A stretch of 32,000 nt of DNA from Phycisphaera mikurensis NBRC 102666 (lineage in GTDB: Bacteria; Planctomycetota; Phycisphaerae; Phycisphaerales; Phycisphaeraceae), in assembly GCF_000284115.1 (NCBI RefSeq), contig NC_017080.1, positions 2,970,001-3,002,000 on the forward strand, written 5' to 3'. Shown here piece after piece: positions 17,282 to 26,732 of the stretch. The translations under genes and the position numbers were made by a program. Within the stretch, counting starts at the first letter, position 1. Every line of letters starts with the position of its first letter. A model generated the notes under the pieces. It made no database searches, had not been told where the DNA came from, and saw nothing but the letters and a program-made list of their open reading frames with translations.

Positions 17282-20077
17282 TCAAGCGTCGGGGGCGTTC
17301 GCGTCGGGGACGTCGGGGGTCAGGCGGACGTAGGCGCGGGAGACCTCGTCGCTGAGCCCGGGAAGCCCGGTGACGACGCGCTCCAGGAGCGTCGCGAGCG
17401 CCTCGCGGCGGCCGCCCTCGACCGCCGCCAGGCCGGCCGGAACGCTGCCGCTCACCTCCGCGAGCAGCCGGCCGGCGGCCTCGGCGGCGGCGTGGTGGCG
17501 GCTGCGGCCGGGCGTCGCGCCCGCGGGGTGCGGACCGCCGGGCGCGTCGGGCAGGTCGGCGAGGTGCTGCTCGATCGCGTGCAGCTGCCAGACGACCGAG
17601 CGCGGGTTCTTGGGGTCGAGCAGGAGCAGCTCCAGCACCGGCACGATCCGCGGGAGCGCCCGGTGCCGGGAGCGGTAGGTCATCGCCGAGACGCCGACCT
17701 CCAGGAGCGCCCCGAGCAGCAGGCCCTCCGATGCGCTGGCCCGGCCGGCCGGCCCCGGCCCGGCCCCGGTCGCCTCGCCGCCGCCGAGCCAGACGGGCCG
17801 CACCAGCATCGACCGCATCAGCTCCGCCGTCGTCACCGCCCGCTCGATGCGCCGGCCCAGGTCCAAGAAGCGCCAGCCCTCCTCGTGGGTGAAGGATTCG
17901 TGGCTGTGCCCGGCGAACGCGGCGAGCGTCAGGAGCAGGCCGTCGAAGAGCTCCATCGCGTCGGCGAGCGCGTCCTCGGGGTCACCCGCGACGCCGCCGC
18001 GGAGCTCCCGCTCGTCGCCACGGCCCAGACGCTCGAGGATCCGCCAGGCGTCGACGCTGAGGCGGTCCCGCACGCGGGAGCCGGCGGCGCGGCAGGCGGC
18101 GAGCGTGGAGGTGAGGCCGTGCGGGCCGCGGGGGTCGAGGATCGCCGAGAGCACGTCGCCCGCTTCGGCCCGTCCGGCGTCGCGACCGCCGTCCGACGCG
18201 GGCTCCTGCGCGGCGGCGGCCCGGTCGGCCGTGGCGGCCTCGGCCACGCCGGTCACCACCGCAAGCGCCCGCAGCATCGCGGCCATCTCCCGCGGGTGCG
18301 GCTCGGCGGGGTCGGCGTGGCGGTGGCCGATCGCCCGGAGCAGGCGGACGTTGCCCTCGGCCCGCTCGGTGTAGCGACCCAGCCAGAAGAGGTTGTCGGC
18401 GACGCGGCTGGGCAGCGACGCCCCGCGGCCGGCCGGGGCCACGGCCCCGCCGCGGACCGTGAGGCCGCGGACCGTTTCGGGGGCACGGTCCGCGGCGGGC
18501 AGAGGCGAAGCACCGGCCTCGCCGGCCGGCCGCACGACCCAGACGTCCTTGGCCCCCCCGCCGCGCCGCATCGACGTCAGCCGCGAGTCGGCCGCGCCCG
18601 TGACCCGGCCGAGCCCGCCGGGCATCGCCGACCAGCCGCCGCCCGCGGTCGCCGCGACGAAGGCGCGGATCACCAAGCGTCGCGGCACCAGCCCCGGCGA
18701 CTCCGGCGTCCAGACCGGCGTGGTGGACAGCGTCACCGCCTCCTGCACCGCGAACGCGCCGGGCCGCTCGGCGATCGCCTCGCGCAGGGCCGAGCCGGCT
18801 TGATCTCCGGCGGTGGTGCCGAAGACCGCGGCCGACGGGCCGATGCCCGGCGTCAGCGGGCCGGCGTAGGCCGGCTTCACGACGCTCCGGGCGAGCGTCC
18901 CCCCCGCCGCGTCGTCGCCGGTGCCCCCGCCCGCCCCGCACCAGCGCGTGGCCGCCGGCGGCAGCAGGATCTCCTCGCCCAGGAGGAAGCGGCAAGCCGC
19001 CGGCAGGTAGCCGCCGAGCCCCGGGCTCTCGACCAGGCCGCTGCCCGGGGCGTTGGTGACGGCCACCGAGCCGGCCCGCTGCGCCTCGAGGAGGCCGGGC
19101 ACGCCGGGCCCGCGCGCGGGGCCAAGCTCCAGCGGGTCGCAGTCGCAGTCGGGCAGGCGGCGGACGATCACGTCGACCTTCTGCAGGCCGGCGAGCGTCT
19201 TGAGGAACACCTCGCGGCGGCGCACCGTCAGGTCGTCGGGCTCGACGAGCGTGAACCCCAGGCTCCGCGCGAGGTACGCGTGCTCGGCGTGGCCCACGGC
19301 CTCGGGTCCCGGCGTCAGCAGCACCACCCGCGGCTCGCCCGCGGGCGAGGCGGGCGCCAGCGACTGCGCGTACGCCCGCACCGCCTCGAACCAGTCGCCG
19401 AGCCCCGCCGGCCGGCTGCGGCGGAAGGCCGTGGGCAGCGTCCGCGACACGACGACCCGGTGCTCGAGCGCGTGCCCGACGCCGCCGGGAGCCGACGAGC
19501 GGTCGCCGATCACGCACCACCGCCCCGCCGCGTCGCGGCCCACATCGACCGCGAGCAGCGAGAGGTAGCGGCCGCCCGGCGGCTCGAGCCCGCGGAGCGG
19601 CCGGAAGAGGCCCGGGTTCCCGAGGATCAACGCCGCCGGCACCACGGCTTGCGCGATCAGCTCGGCGGGGCCGTGCAGGTCGCGCAGCACCGCCTCGAGC
19701 AGCCGTGCTCGCTGCTCCAGCCCCCGCCGCAGGTGGTCCCAGGCCGCGGGGCCGATCACCACCGGCACCGGATCCAGCCGCCAGGGCCGCTCCGCTTCGG
19801 CCCGGTCGCCGTACGCCCGGTACGTCACCCCGTGGTCGGCGATCATCCGCTTCGCCCGCTCCCAGCGCCGCCGCAGCTCCGCGTGCGGCGTTTGCTGGAC
19901 CGCGGCCAGCACGGGCTCCCACGCCTCCTCGGGCGCGGCATCGCCGCGGGGCGCGGCCGGGCCGAAGCACTCGTCGTGGCCGGCCGCGCCCGCTCCGGCG
20001 TCCGCCGCCCGCAGCGCCTCGAGGTAGCCGGCGGCCGCGGCGTCCTGCTCCAGCTGCTCCGCCACCGCCGCGCTCAT
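17282..20077 (-). CDS. circularly permuted type-2 ATP-grasp protein fused to an alpha-E domain
   Basis: GVTYRAYGD..., RWCVIGDRSSAPGGVGHALEHR, VVKPAYAGPLTPGI (CP-ATP-grasp), then SLPSRVADNLFWLGRYTERAEGNVRLLRA (alpha-E hallmark). Confidence 0.92.
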   Translation of the reverse strand: MSAAVAEQLEQDAAAAGYLEALRAADAGAGAAGHDECFGPAAPRGDAAPEEAWEPVLAAVQQTPHAELRRRWERAKRMIADHGVTYRAYGDRAEAERPWRLDPVPVVIGPAAWDHLRRGLEQRARLLEAVLRDLHGPAELIAQAVVPAALILGNPGLFRPLRGLEPPGGRYLSLLAVDVGRDAAGRWCVIGDRSSAPGGVGHALEHRVVVSRTLPTAFRRSRPAGLGDWFEAVRAYAQSLAPASPAGEPRVVLLTPGPEAVGHAEHAYLARSLGFTLVEPDDLTVRRREVFLKTLAGLQKVDVIVRRLPDCDCDPLELGPARGPGVPGLLEAQRAGSVAVTNAPGSGLVESPGLGGYLPAACRFLLGEEILLPPAATRWCGAGGGTGDDAAGGTLARSVVKPAYAGPLTPGIGPSAAVFGTTAGDQAGSALREAIAERPGAFAVQEAVTLSTTPVWTPESPGLVPRRLVIRAFVAATAGGGWSAMPGGLGRVTGAADSRLTSMRRGGGAKDVWVVRPAGEAGASPLPAADRAPETVRGLTVRGGAVAPAGRGASLPSRVADNLFWLGRYTERAEGNVRLLRAIGHRHADPAEPHPREMAAMLRALAVVTGVAEAATADRAAAAQEPASDGGRDAGRAEAGDVLSAILDPRGPHGLTSTLAACRAAGSRVRDRLSVDAWRILERLGRGDERELRGGVAGDPEDALADAMELFDGLLLTLAAFAGHSHESFTHEEGWRFLDLGRRIERAVTTAELMRSMLVRPVWLGGGEATGAGPGPAGRASASEGLLLGALLEVGVSAMTYRSRHRALPRIVPVLELLLLDPKNPRSVVWQLHAIEQHLADLPDAPGGPHPAGATPGRSRHHAAAEAAGRLLAEVSGSVPAGLAAVEGGRREALATLLERVVTGLPGLSDEVSRAYVRLTPDVPDANAPDA

Positions 20078-20126
20078 GCGGCCGAGCTTAGGGGCGGCCC
20101 GGGGCGGCTCCTCCTCCCGCGACCGG

Positions 20127-21533
20127 TCAGGTCCGCACGTCCAGCGCGTCGCGCATCGCCTCGCCGACGAGGTTGTAGGCGAAGACCGTCAGGAAGATCG
20201 CCAGGCCCGGAAAGATCAGCAGGCCCCACTGCCCGGGGGCCGAGCGGCTCTGGTTGAGCAGCTGGCCCCAGCTCGGCTCCTCCACCAGGCCCAGGCCCAG
20301 GAAGGACAGCGTCGACTCGGCGAGGATCGCCGAGGCGATGCCGAAGCTGGCGAGCACGAGCACGGGCGTGACGCCGTTGGGCAGCATGTGCCTCAGCAGG
20401 ATCGATCGCAGCGGCAGGCCCAGCGCCCGGGCCGCCATCACGTAGTCCAACGACCGCAACTTCAGGAACTCGGCCCGCACGAACAGCGCGTAGCCCACCC
20501 AGCCGGTCAGCCCGATCACCACCATCATCAGCGTGAGGCTGCGGCCGTAGAAGGCCACGATCATGATGAGCAGGAACAGCACGGGGATCGCGGAGAAGAT
20601 CTCGACGAGCCGCATGCCCAGGAGGTCGGTGAGCCCGGCGAAGTAGCCCATGAGCCCGCCGACGACGATGCCGATCGCCGCGGCGATGCCGGTCGCGATC
20701 AGGCCGATGGCCAGGGCGATCCGCGTCGCGTGGATCATCCGCGACAGCACGTCCGCCCCCCCGCGGTCGGTGCCCAGCGGGTGCGCCAGGCTCGGCCGCT
20801 CGAGCCGCGCGTCGCGGCCCTCGGCGGACATGGCGTCGCGCTGCGCGTCGTTGGGCGAGAACGGCAGCGGCGCCCGGACCGCCCAGTTGACCTCGCCGCG
20901 GGCCTCGGCCTCGCGGTAGACGCTGTGGACGACCGTGGCGGGCGGCTGGAGGGGAGCCAGCGCCAGCACCGCCGCGAGCGCGAGGCCGAGGAGCGCGGCG
21001 AAGCACCGCCAGCGGTGCCCGGACCGCCGGAAGGCCCCCCACGCGGCGGCGGCCAGGGCCAGCAGCCCGGCGGCGAGTGCGGCGAGGCCGACCGCCGCGA
21101 AGGCGACGCGGCCCGCGGACGGCTGCGGGTTGTCGGAAACCAGGTCCACGAAGGACCGCCCCGCCGCCGCCGCCACCGCGGCCGACACCACCAGCACCCA
21201 GCCGGCGAAGCGGCCCGCCGCGCCGCCGCGCCAGAGGCCCGCGGCGGCGGCCGCGAGCAACGACCCCAGGAGGATGACGTCGGTCCGCGTCAGGTGCCGC
21301 AGCCACGGGCTCGACACGGCCCCTTCGTGCTTCCACAGCAGCGGGTGGCTGCTCGCCAAGAGCGGCGCGAACACCGCCGTCAGCAGCATGATCGCGATCC
21401 ACACGCCGCCGAGCTGCGCCCCCCGCTTGCCGGCCAGGCGGTGGAGCGTCCGCGAGACGAACCCGCCGCCGGCGGCACGCGCCAGGGCCCGGTCGCTCAC
21501 CGGGATCGGGGCCGTCACCGCCTGCTCAGTCAT
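20127..21533 (-). CDS. OppC/DppC-like ABC transporter permease with an inserted membrane region
   Basis: HPLGTDRGGADVLSRMIHATRIALAIGL, RAEFLKLRSLDYVMAARALGLPLRSILLRHMLPN (EAA loop) and ESTLSFLGLGLVEEPSWGQLLNQ. Confidence 0.93.
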   Translation of the reverse strand: MTEQAVTAPIPVSDRALARAAGGGFVSRTLHRLAGKRGAQLGGVWIAIMLLTAVFAPLLASSHPLLWKHEGAVSSPWLRHLTRTDVILLGSLLAAAAAGLWRGGAAGRFAGWVLVVSAAVAAAAGRSFVDLVSDNPQPSAGRVAFAAVGLAALAAGLLALAAAAWGAFRRSGHRWRCFAALLGLALAAVLALAPLQPPATVVHSVYREAEARGEVNWAVRAPLPFSPNDAQRDAMSAEGRDARLERPSLAHPLGTDRGGADVLSRMIHATRIALAIGLIATGIAAAIGIVVGGLMGYFAGLTDLLGMRLVEIFSAIPVLFLLIMIVAFYGRSLTLMMVVIGLTGWVGYALFVRAEFLKLRSLDYVMAARALGLPLRSILLRHMLPNGVTPVLVLASFGIASAILAESTLSFLGLGLVEEPSWGQLLNQSRSAPGQWGLLIFPGLAIFLTVFAYNLVGEAMRDALDVRT

Positions 21534-22947
21534 AGCTCACCCGCGGGTCGACGGCGGCGTAGAGCAGGTCGCGCAGGACCTCCGACAGCAGGCCCAGCAC
21601 GCCGCCGATCAGCGTCACCGCCATCACCACTTCGCGGTCTTTCTGGAAGGCCGCGTCGACACCCAGCTTGCCCATGCCCTCGATCGAGAAGATCGTTTCG
21701 ACGACCACCGAGCCGCCGAGCAACGCCGGCAGCAGCGAGCTCGCCAGCGTCACCAGCGGCAGGACGCTGTTGCGGAAGGCGTGCTTCCACAGCACCGCCC
21801 GCGGCGACAGACCCTTCGCCCGGGCCGTCCGCACGTAGTCCGCGGAGAGGCTGTCCAGCACCGCCCCACGCATCACCTTCGCGGTGACGGCGAAGCCGCC
21901 GTACGTGAGGATCGTCACCGGCAGGACGAGGTGCCACGCCGTGTCGAGCAGGTAGCCCCGCTCGAAGCCGGCCTCCCCCCCGCCGAACCTCGGGAAGAAC
22001 GGCATCTCGCTCGCCCGCAGATCGTGCAGCCCTCCCGTCGGGAACCAGCGCAGGTTCTCGGCGCTCGCCAGGTAGTTGATCGCCAGCACGCCCGCCCAGA
22101 TCGTCGGCACCGACCACAGCGAGAGGAACAGCGCGCCCGAGCCCAGGTCGAAGGCCCCGCCGCGCTTGGAGGCCGCGCCCAGCCCCGCTCCGATCGCCAC
22201 GAGGTAGATGATCGGGATCGACAGCGCGTTCAGCAGCACCGTCACCGGCACCGCCGACGCCAGCAGCTCGGTGACCTTCCGCCCGCGGAGCGACGTGCCC
22301 AGGTCCGGCCACTTGATCGCCGGCTTGTCGAAGCGGACACGCGAGCGACCCGCCGCCGCCTCCTGCAGCGCTCCCTGAACCGCGGACTGCGCCGCGCCCG
22401 GAGCCCCGTCGGCGGCGATCCGCGGCAGCAGCCGCTCCCGGTCCGCCGCGCTCAGCGGGCTGTCGAGCGCCTCGAAGAGCGTCTCGTCGAGCTCCCCCGC
22501 GCCCGCCGCGTCCAGCGTCGCCCGCAGGCCCGCCGCCGCGTCCGCGAGGGGCACCGCCTGGTACGCCGCCAGCTCGCCCGCCAGGTCCACCGCCGCCCAC
22601 TTCACCCGCGGCCGGCTCACCATCTCCAGCCCCTCGAAGGCGGTCGCCGCCGCCTCGCGCTCCTGGTCGCCGAAGGAGAGGTCGTCGCTGGAGCGGAAGC
22701 CCACCGGGCTCACGCGGTTCAGCCACCGGCCGAACTGCACGTACGCCGGCTGGTCCAGCCCGTAGCGGCGCTCGAGCTGCAGGCGGATGCGCTTCGCGTC
22801 CTGCCCCTGCGTCTGGGCCCCCTCCGCGTTGAGCGCCGCCCCGCCGAAGCCGCCGGGCGCCATCGCCATGACGAAGAAGACCACCGCCAGCACGCCGAGC
22901 AGCGTGGGCACCAGGAGGGCGAGGCGGCGGAGGGTGTAGGCGAGCAC
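21526..22947 (-). CDS. OppB/DppB-like ABC transporter permease with a large periplasmic-like insertion (GTG start proposed)
   Basis: VLAYTLRRLALLVPTLLGVLAVVFFVMAMAPG..., GLDQPAYVQFGRWL, DYVRTARAKGLSPRAVLWKHAFRNSVLPLVT (EAA loop), ETIFSIEGMGKL; overlaps the OppC-like ORF by 8 bp. Confidence 0.93.
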   Translation of the reverse strand: MLAYTLRRLALLVPTLLGVLAVVFFVMAMAPGGFGGAALNAEGAQTQGQDAKRIRLQLERRYGLDQPAYVQFGRWLNRVSPVGFRSSDDLSFGDQEREAAATAFEGLEMVSRPRVKWAAVDLAGELAAYQAVPLADAAAGLRATLDAAGAGELDETLFEALDSPLSAADRERLLPRIAADGAPGAAQSAVQGALQEAAAGRSRVRFDKPAIKWPDLGTSLRGRKVTELLASAVPVTVLLNALSIPIIYLVAIGAGLGAASKRGGAFDLGSGALFLSLWSVPTIWAGVLAINYLASAENLRWFPTGGLHDLRASEMPFFPRFGGGEAGFERGYLLDTAWHLVLPVTILTYGGFAVTAKVMRGAVLDSLSADYVRTARAKGLSPRAVLWKHAFRNSVLPLVTLASSLLPALLGGSVVVETIFSIEGMGKLGVDAAFQKDREVVMAVTLIGGVLGLLSEVLRDLLYAAVDPRVSYD

Positions 22948-23090
22948 CGGTGCGGGAAGGTACCGGCTCGGCCGCGGGACCCGGGACCCACGCGGCGGGA
23001 AGCGTCGGCCGCTGCAGCGCGTCTCCGAGGCGCGGGGCCGGTGATCCTCCCGCCGAGCGCGAAGCCCCCGGCTCCGCCCACGCGGAGCCC

Positions 23091-23118
23091 TTGACATCCC
23101 ACCGGAGTCTCCTATGGA
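23091..23118 (+). promoter_or_regulatory. candidate sigma70-like promoter for the alpha/beta hydrolase gene
   Basis: TTGACA (23091-23096), 16-bp spacer, TATGGA (23113-23118), 41 bp upstream of the ATG at 23160; RBS-like aaggaga at 23151-23157. Confidence 0.4.
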
Positions 23119-23159
23119 TTCCTCGCACGGATGCCCCCTTCCCCCTCTCGAAGGAGACC

Positions 23160-24320
23160 ATGAGACGCTCCCGCACCGCCACCGCCGCCGCCGCCCTCGC
23201 CGCCGCCTGCCTCGCCGGCCCGGGCGCCCTCGCCGAATCCCGGGGCGGCGCCGGTCCACGGACCGGACCGGCGGCCGACGGCAAGGCGCTCCTGGACGTG
23301 CAGCCCGCCGGCGAGGCCCCCTCCTTTGCCCCGGACATCGACCCCCAGATGCTGGCCGTGCTCGAGGAGTTCCAGGCGTTCGAGCCGCCGAAGTACCCCG
23401 AGCTGACGCCCTTCCAGGTCCGGATGGCCGTGCTCCCGGTGAACGCCGTCCGCTCGCTCGCGGCCAAGACCGGAACCCCCGCGGCCGCCCCCGAGCTCGA
23501 CGTCCGCCACGAGGTGCTGCCGGTCGGGCCCGAGGAGGGCCTGCTCGCGCGGGTCTACACCCCGCTGGACACCGGCGCGGGCGGGCCGCTGCCGGTGATC
23601 GTCTACTTCCATGGCGGCGGCTGGGTCATCGCCGACCTCGACGCCTACGCCGGCGGGGCGGAGGGCCTCGCCGCCCAAGCGGGCGCGGTCGTCGTCTCCG
23701 TCGCCTACCGCCTGGCGCCCGAGCACACCTACCCCACCGCCCACGAGGACGCGTACGCCGCCTTCGAGCACGTCGCCGAGAACGCCGCTGACTTCGGCGG
23801 CGATCCGGAGAAGGTCGTCGTCGCCGGCGAGAGCGCCGGCGGCAACCTCGCCGTCTCCGTCGCGCTCATGGCGAAGGAGCGCGGCGGCGTGATGCCCAAG
23901 CACATCGTCTCGGTCTACCCGGTCGCCGACGGCGACGTCACGTCCGCTTCCTACGACGCGTACGCCGCCGCCGCCCCGCTGAATCGTCCCTTCATGGAGT
24001 GGTTCTTCGACCACTACACCCCGGCGTGGAAGGACAGCGACGCGTCGGACCTTCCGTACCTCTTCCTCAAGGAGCAGGATCTCGGCGGCCTGCCCCCGAC
24101 GACGATCCTCAACGCCGAGATCGACCCCCTCGCGACCGATGGCGAGGAGCTCGCCGCGGCGATGGAGCAAGCCGGCGTGCGGGTGATGCGGAAGGTCTAC
24201 CCCGGCGTGACGCACGAGTTCTTCGGCATGACGCCGGTTCTCGAGCAAGCCGCCGCGGCCCAGAAGCTCGCCGCCGAGCAGATCCGGGCGACGCTGGAGC
24301 GCGGCGACGGCCGTTCGTAG
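23160..24320 (+). CDS. secreted alpha/beta hydrolase (HSL/lipase family)
   Basis: Signal peptide MRRSRTATAAAALAAACLAGPGALA; VIVYFHGGGWVIADLD (HGGG oxyanion hole); VVVAGESAGGNLAVSVAL (GxSxG); His region GVTHEFFGM. Confidence 0.93.
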   Translation: MRRSRTATAAAALAAACLAGPGALAESRGGAGPRTGPAADGKALLDVQPAGEAPSFAPDIDPQMLAVLEEFQAFEPPKYPELTPFQVRMAVLPVNAVRSLAAKTGTPAAAPELDVRHEVLPVGPEEGLLARVYTPLDTGAGGPLPVIVYFHGGGWVIADLDAYAGGAEGLAAQAGAVVVSVAYRLAPEHTYPTAHEDAYAAFEHVAENAADFGGDPEKVVVAGESAGGNLAVSVALMAKERGGVMPKHIVSVYPVADGDVTSASYDAYAAAAPLNRPFMEWFFDHYTPAWKDSDASDLPYLFLKEQDLGGLPPTTILNAEIDPLATDGEELAAAMEQAGVRVMRKVYPGVTHEFFGMTPVLEQAAAAQKLAAEQIRATLERGDGRS

Positions 24321-24446
24321 GACGCCGTCGCCCACAGCTCGCGGCGCACGGCAACCCCCCCGACGCCACGCAGACGGAGCCGGCGAGCCGTTGGCAGCCC
24401 GAGCCCGTGGAGGCTCAGGCCGCCGCCTCCGGATCCCCGCGGCCGC

Positions 24447-25004
24447 TCACCAATCGGAGCGCATGAGGTCGACGATGTCGGCGGCGAGGCGCTCGATGGC
24501 GTTCTGGACGGCGACGGCCTCGGGCTCGCCCAGCCCGGGCGCCGGCGCGTGGGTGCCGACCTGCTGCAGGCCGACGGCCTCGCTGAAGACGCGGCGGCCG
24601 GAGGCGTCGGCCCAGGTGAAGTCCACCGTGATGGCGTACTCGACCTCCTCGGGCACGCCGCCGGTGCGGGTGAGGGCGAGGCTGCGCCGGGCGGCGCGGC
24701 GGATCGTGCCGGTGAGCGTGCTCTGCGCGACGGACCCGTCGGCGACGCGGTAGGGCGTCCGGGTCACCACCTGCTTCACGAGCGCCTCGCCGAGGTCGCT
24801 CTCGAGGCCACGCTCGTAGGTCTGGTTGTCGAAGAGCGGCAGCGCGATCGTCTGCACCCCGGCCGGGTAGAGGCCCCGCGAGCTGTAGCCGCAGCCGGGG
24901 AGGGCCGCGGCGGCCGCGAGCAGCAGAATCGCGGCCAGGGCCCCCCGCGGACCGCGGGCGATCCCGGCGCAAAAGGTCCTCGGTCCGCGGATCCGGAGGA
25001 TCAC
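24447..25004 (-). CDS. LptE-like lipoprotein (LPS assembly family)
   Basis: Lipobox LLLAAAAALPGCGYSSRGLYPAGVQTIALPLFDNQTYERGLE, a GCGY-start pattern typical of LptE; AVQNAIERLAADIVDLMRSDW. Confidence 0.75.
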   Translation of the reverse strand: MILRIRGPRTFCAGIARGPRGALAAILLLAAAAALPGCGYSSRGLYPAGVQTIALPLFDNQTYERGLESDLGEALVKQVVTRTPYRVADGSVAQSTLTGTIRRAARRSLALTRTGGVPEEVEYAITVDFTWADASGRRVFSEAVGLQQVGTHAPAPGLGEPEAVAVQNAIERLAADIVDLMRSDW

Positions 25005-25999
25005 GGGCTCTCCTCGACGAGGGGGAGGCCGGCTCCGCGGAGGGTGGCGATGGCTTCCTGGGCGGCGGCGGTGCCGGGGTGGTCGGCGATGAGGCGGCGG
25101 CGCATCGCGGCGGCGGCGACGCGGTCGCCGCGGCGCTCGTACCAGCGGGCGTTGGCGAGGCTGCGGCGGGCGAGCGAGGCGCGGATCCGTTGCTGGAGGG
25201 CCTCGGCGTTCAAGCGGCGGGCGGCGGCGGGATAGGCCTCCTGGTAGGCACGCAGCCGCTCACCCGCCTCCAGCAGGCCCGTGGCGTCGAAGTCGGGGCC
25301 CTTGAACTGGGCGAGCCCGGCCTGGATCTGGCGGAGCATCGCCCGCTGGCGGTGCCGCGTCCGCGGGAAGTTGCGGAGCAGGAGGTCGTAGGCGACCGCG
25401 GCCTGCGCCATCTCCTGCCGCCGGAAGTAGTGGTCGGCGAGGGTGACGGCGGCCTCCTCGGCGAGGTCGCCGCCGGGAGCGCGTTCCTGCACCCGCACGA
25501 GCAGCTCGGCGCCCTCACCCGAGAGCGGGAGGATCCGCAGGCCCAGCAGCTTCCGCTTCCAGCCGCCGACGAAGAGCTTGGCGATGGCGAGCTCGCGGGA
25601 GACCGCCTCGAGGTACGCGTCCGACCCGGGGTGCTCGCTGAGGAGCCGCTCGTAGTCGTAGAGGCTGTTCCAGAGGTCGTTGCGGCCGACGCGGGCGTCG
25701 CCGCGGGCGAGCAGCACGTCGGGCTCGGCGGCGTGGCCGGGGTTGGCTTCCAGCCAGGCGGTGGCTTCCTCCTGCGCCTCCTCGAAGCGGCCGGCCGCGA
25801 GCAGCCGGCGGAGGCGGAGAACGGCGGGGTCGAGCCGGGAAACCGACGCGGCGCCGGGTTCGGCCGCCGCCGCCGCCGGGGCCCAACCGCCCTCCCCGAG
25901 GCGGAAGGCGGCGGCGTCCTCCTGTGCCGCGGCCGGGAGGGCGAGCGCAGCGGCGAAGCCCAGCGAGAGGATCAGCTTGAGGAGGGGCGTGGCTCGCAT
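25001..25999 (-). CDS. BamD/YbgF-like TPR-type periplasmic protein
   Basis: Signal peptide MRATPLLKLILSLGFAAALALPAAAQ; TPR-like FEEAQEEATAWLEANPGHA, AQAAVAYDLLLRNFPRTRHRQRAMLRQIQAGLAQFKG; 4-bp stop/start overlap with the LptE-like gene. Confidence 0.6.
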   Translation of the reverse strand: MRATPLLKLILSLGFAAALALPAAAQEDAAAFRLGEGGWAPAAAAAEPGAASVSRLDPAVLRLRRLLAAGRFEEAQEEATAWLEANPGHAAEPDVLLARGDARVGRNDLWNSLYDYERLLSEHPGSDAYLEAVSRELAIAKLFVGGWKRKLLGLRILPLSGEGAELLVRVQERAPGGDLAEEAAVTLADHYFRRQEMAQAAVAYDLLLRNFPRTRHRQRAMLRQIQAGLAQFKGPDFDATGLLEAGERLRAYQEAYPAAARRLNAEALQQRIRASLARRSLANARWYERRGDRVAAAAMRRRLIADHPGTAAAQEAIATLRGAGLPLVEESP

Positions 26000-26018
26000 G
26001 GGCGGCCGGGCGAACTTA

Positions 26019-26732
26019 TCAAGCGTCGGCGGCGGGCCGGTTCGCCTCCGGCCCGCCGAAGAACAGCGAGTGGCAGAGGAGGATCGCGACGCCGGCGAGC
26101 AGCCAGACGTCGGCGAGGTTGAAGATCCACGGCCACACCTCCCGGGCCGCCCCGGTGCCGCCCATCCCCGGCCAGGCCAGCCCCAACGGCAGCTCGACGC
26201 CGGGCAGCATGTGGAGCAGATCGCGGACGGCCTGGAAGCGGACGCGGTCGTAGAGGTTGCCCAGGGCGCCGCCGAGCACGAGGGCCAGGCCGGCGTGGTG
26301 GACCCAGGCGGTGGGCGGGCTCGCGACGAACAGCCAGCCGATCACGACCATGGCGAGCACGCTGACCGCGACGAAGAGGAAGCGTCCGCCCGATCCGATG
26401 CCGAAGACCGCCCCGGTGTTGGTGGTGAGCCGGAAGTCGAGCAAGCCGGGGATCACGCGGCGGGCCGGCTGCGTGCGGAGCACCCCGGTGGGGTCGGGCC
26501 CGGCGATGACGAAGCGATCGAAGGCTGCGTCGCCGCGCGAGGCGTAGCGCTCGACCCGGGCCGCTTCGGCCTCGGCCTCGGTGGCGACCAGATCGATCGG
26601 GCGGTCGCCCACGTGCTCGAAGGCGAGCGTCTTGCTCGTGAGGTCCGCCGCCAGCAGCACCGCGACCGCGGCGAGGAAGCGGATCCACGCCCGCCGCCGC
26701 TTGATGTCTCTTGCGGGGGGAGCGGGGGGCAT
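26019..26732 (-). CDS. lspA: signal peptidase II
   Basis: AVLLAADLTSKTLAF, LTTNTGAVFGIGSGG, LGGALGNLYDRVRF and WPWIFNLADVWLLAGV are the LspA conserved boxes. Confidence 0.92.
   Translation of the reverse strand: MPPAPPARDIKRRRAWIRFLAAVAVLLAADLTSKTLAFEHVGDRPIDLVATEAEAEAARVERYASRGDAAFDRFVIAGPDPTGVLRTQPARRVIPGLLDFRLTTNTGAVFGIGSGGRFLFVAVSVLAMVVIGWLFVASPPTAWVHHAGLALVLGGALGNLYDRVRFQAVRDLLHMLPGVELPLGLAWPGMGGTGAAREVWPWIFNLADVWLLAGVAILLCHSLFFGGPEANRPAADA

Noticed and set aside
17492-20257. Very long plus-strand ORF (921 aa) antisense to the ATP-grasp/alpha-E gene
   Set aside because: Low-complexity translation and overlap with a well-supported CDS; shadow of codon-position GC bias.
20935-23094. 719-aa plus-strand ORF opposite the Opp-like permeases
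   Set aside because: Arg/Pro/Ala-rich, no recognisable domain, antisense to two well-supported permease genes.
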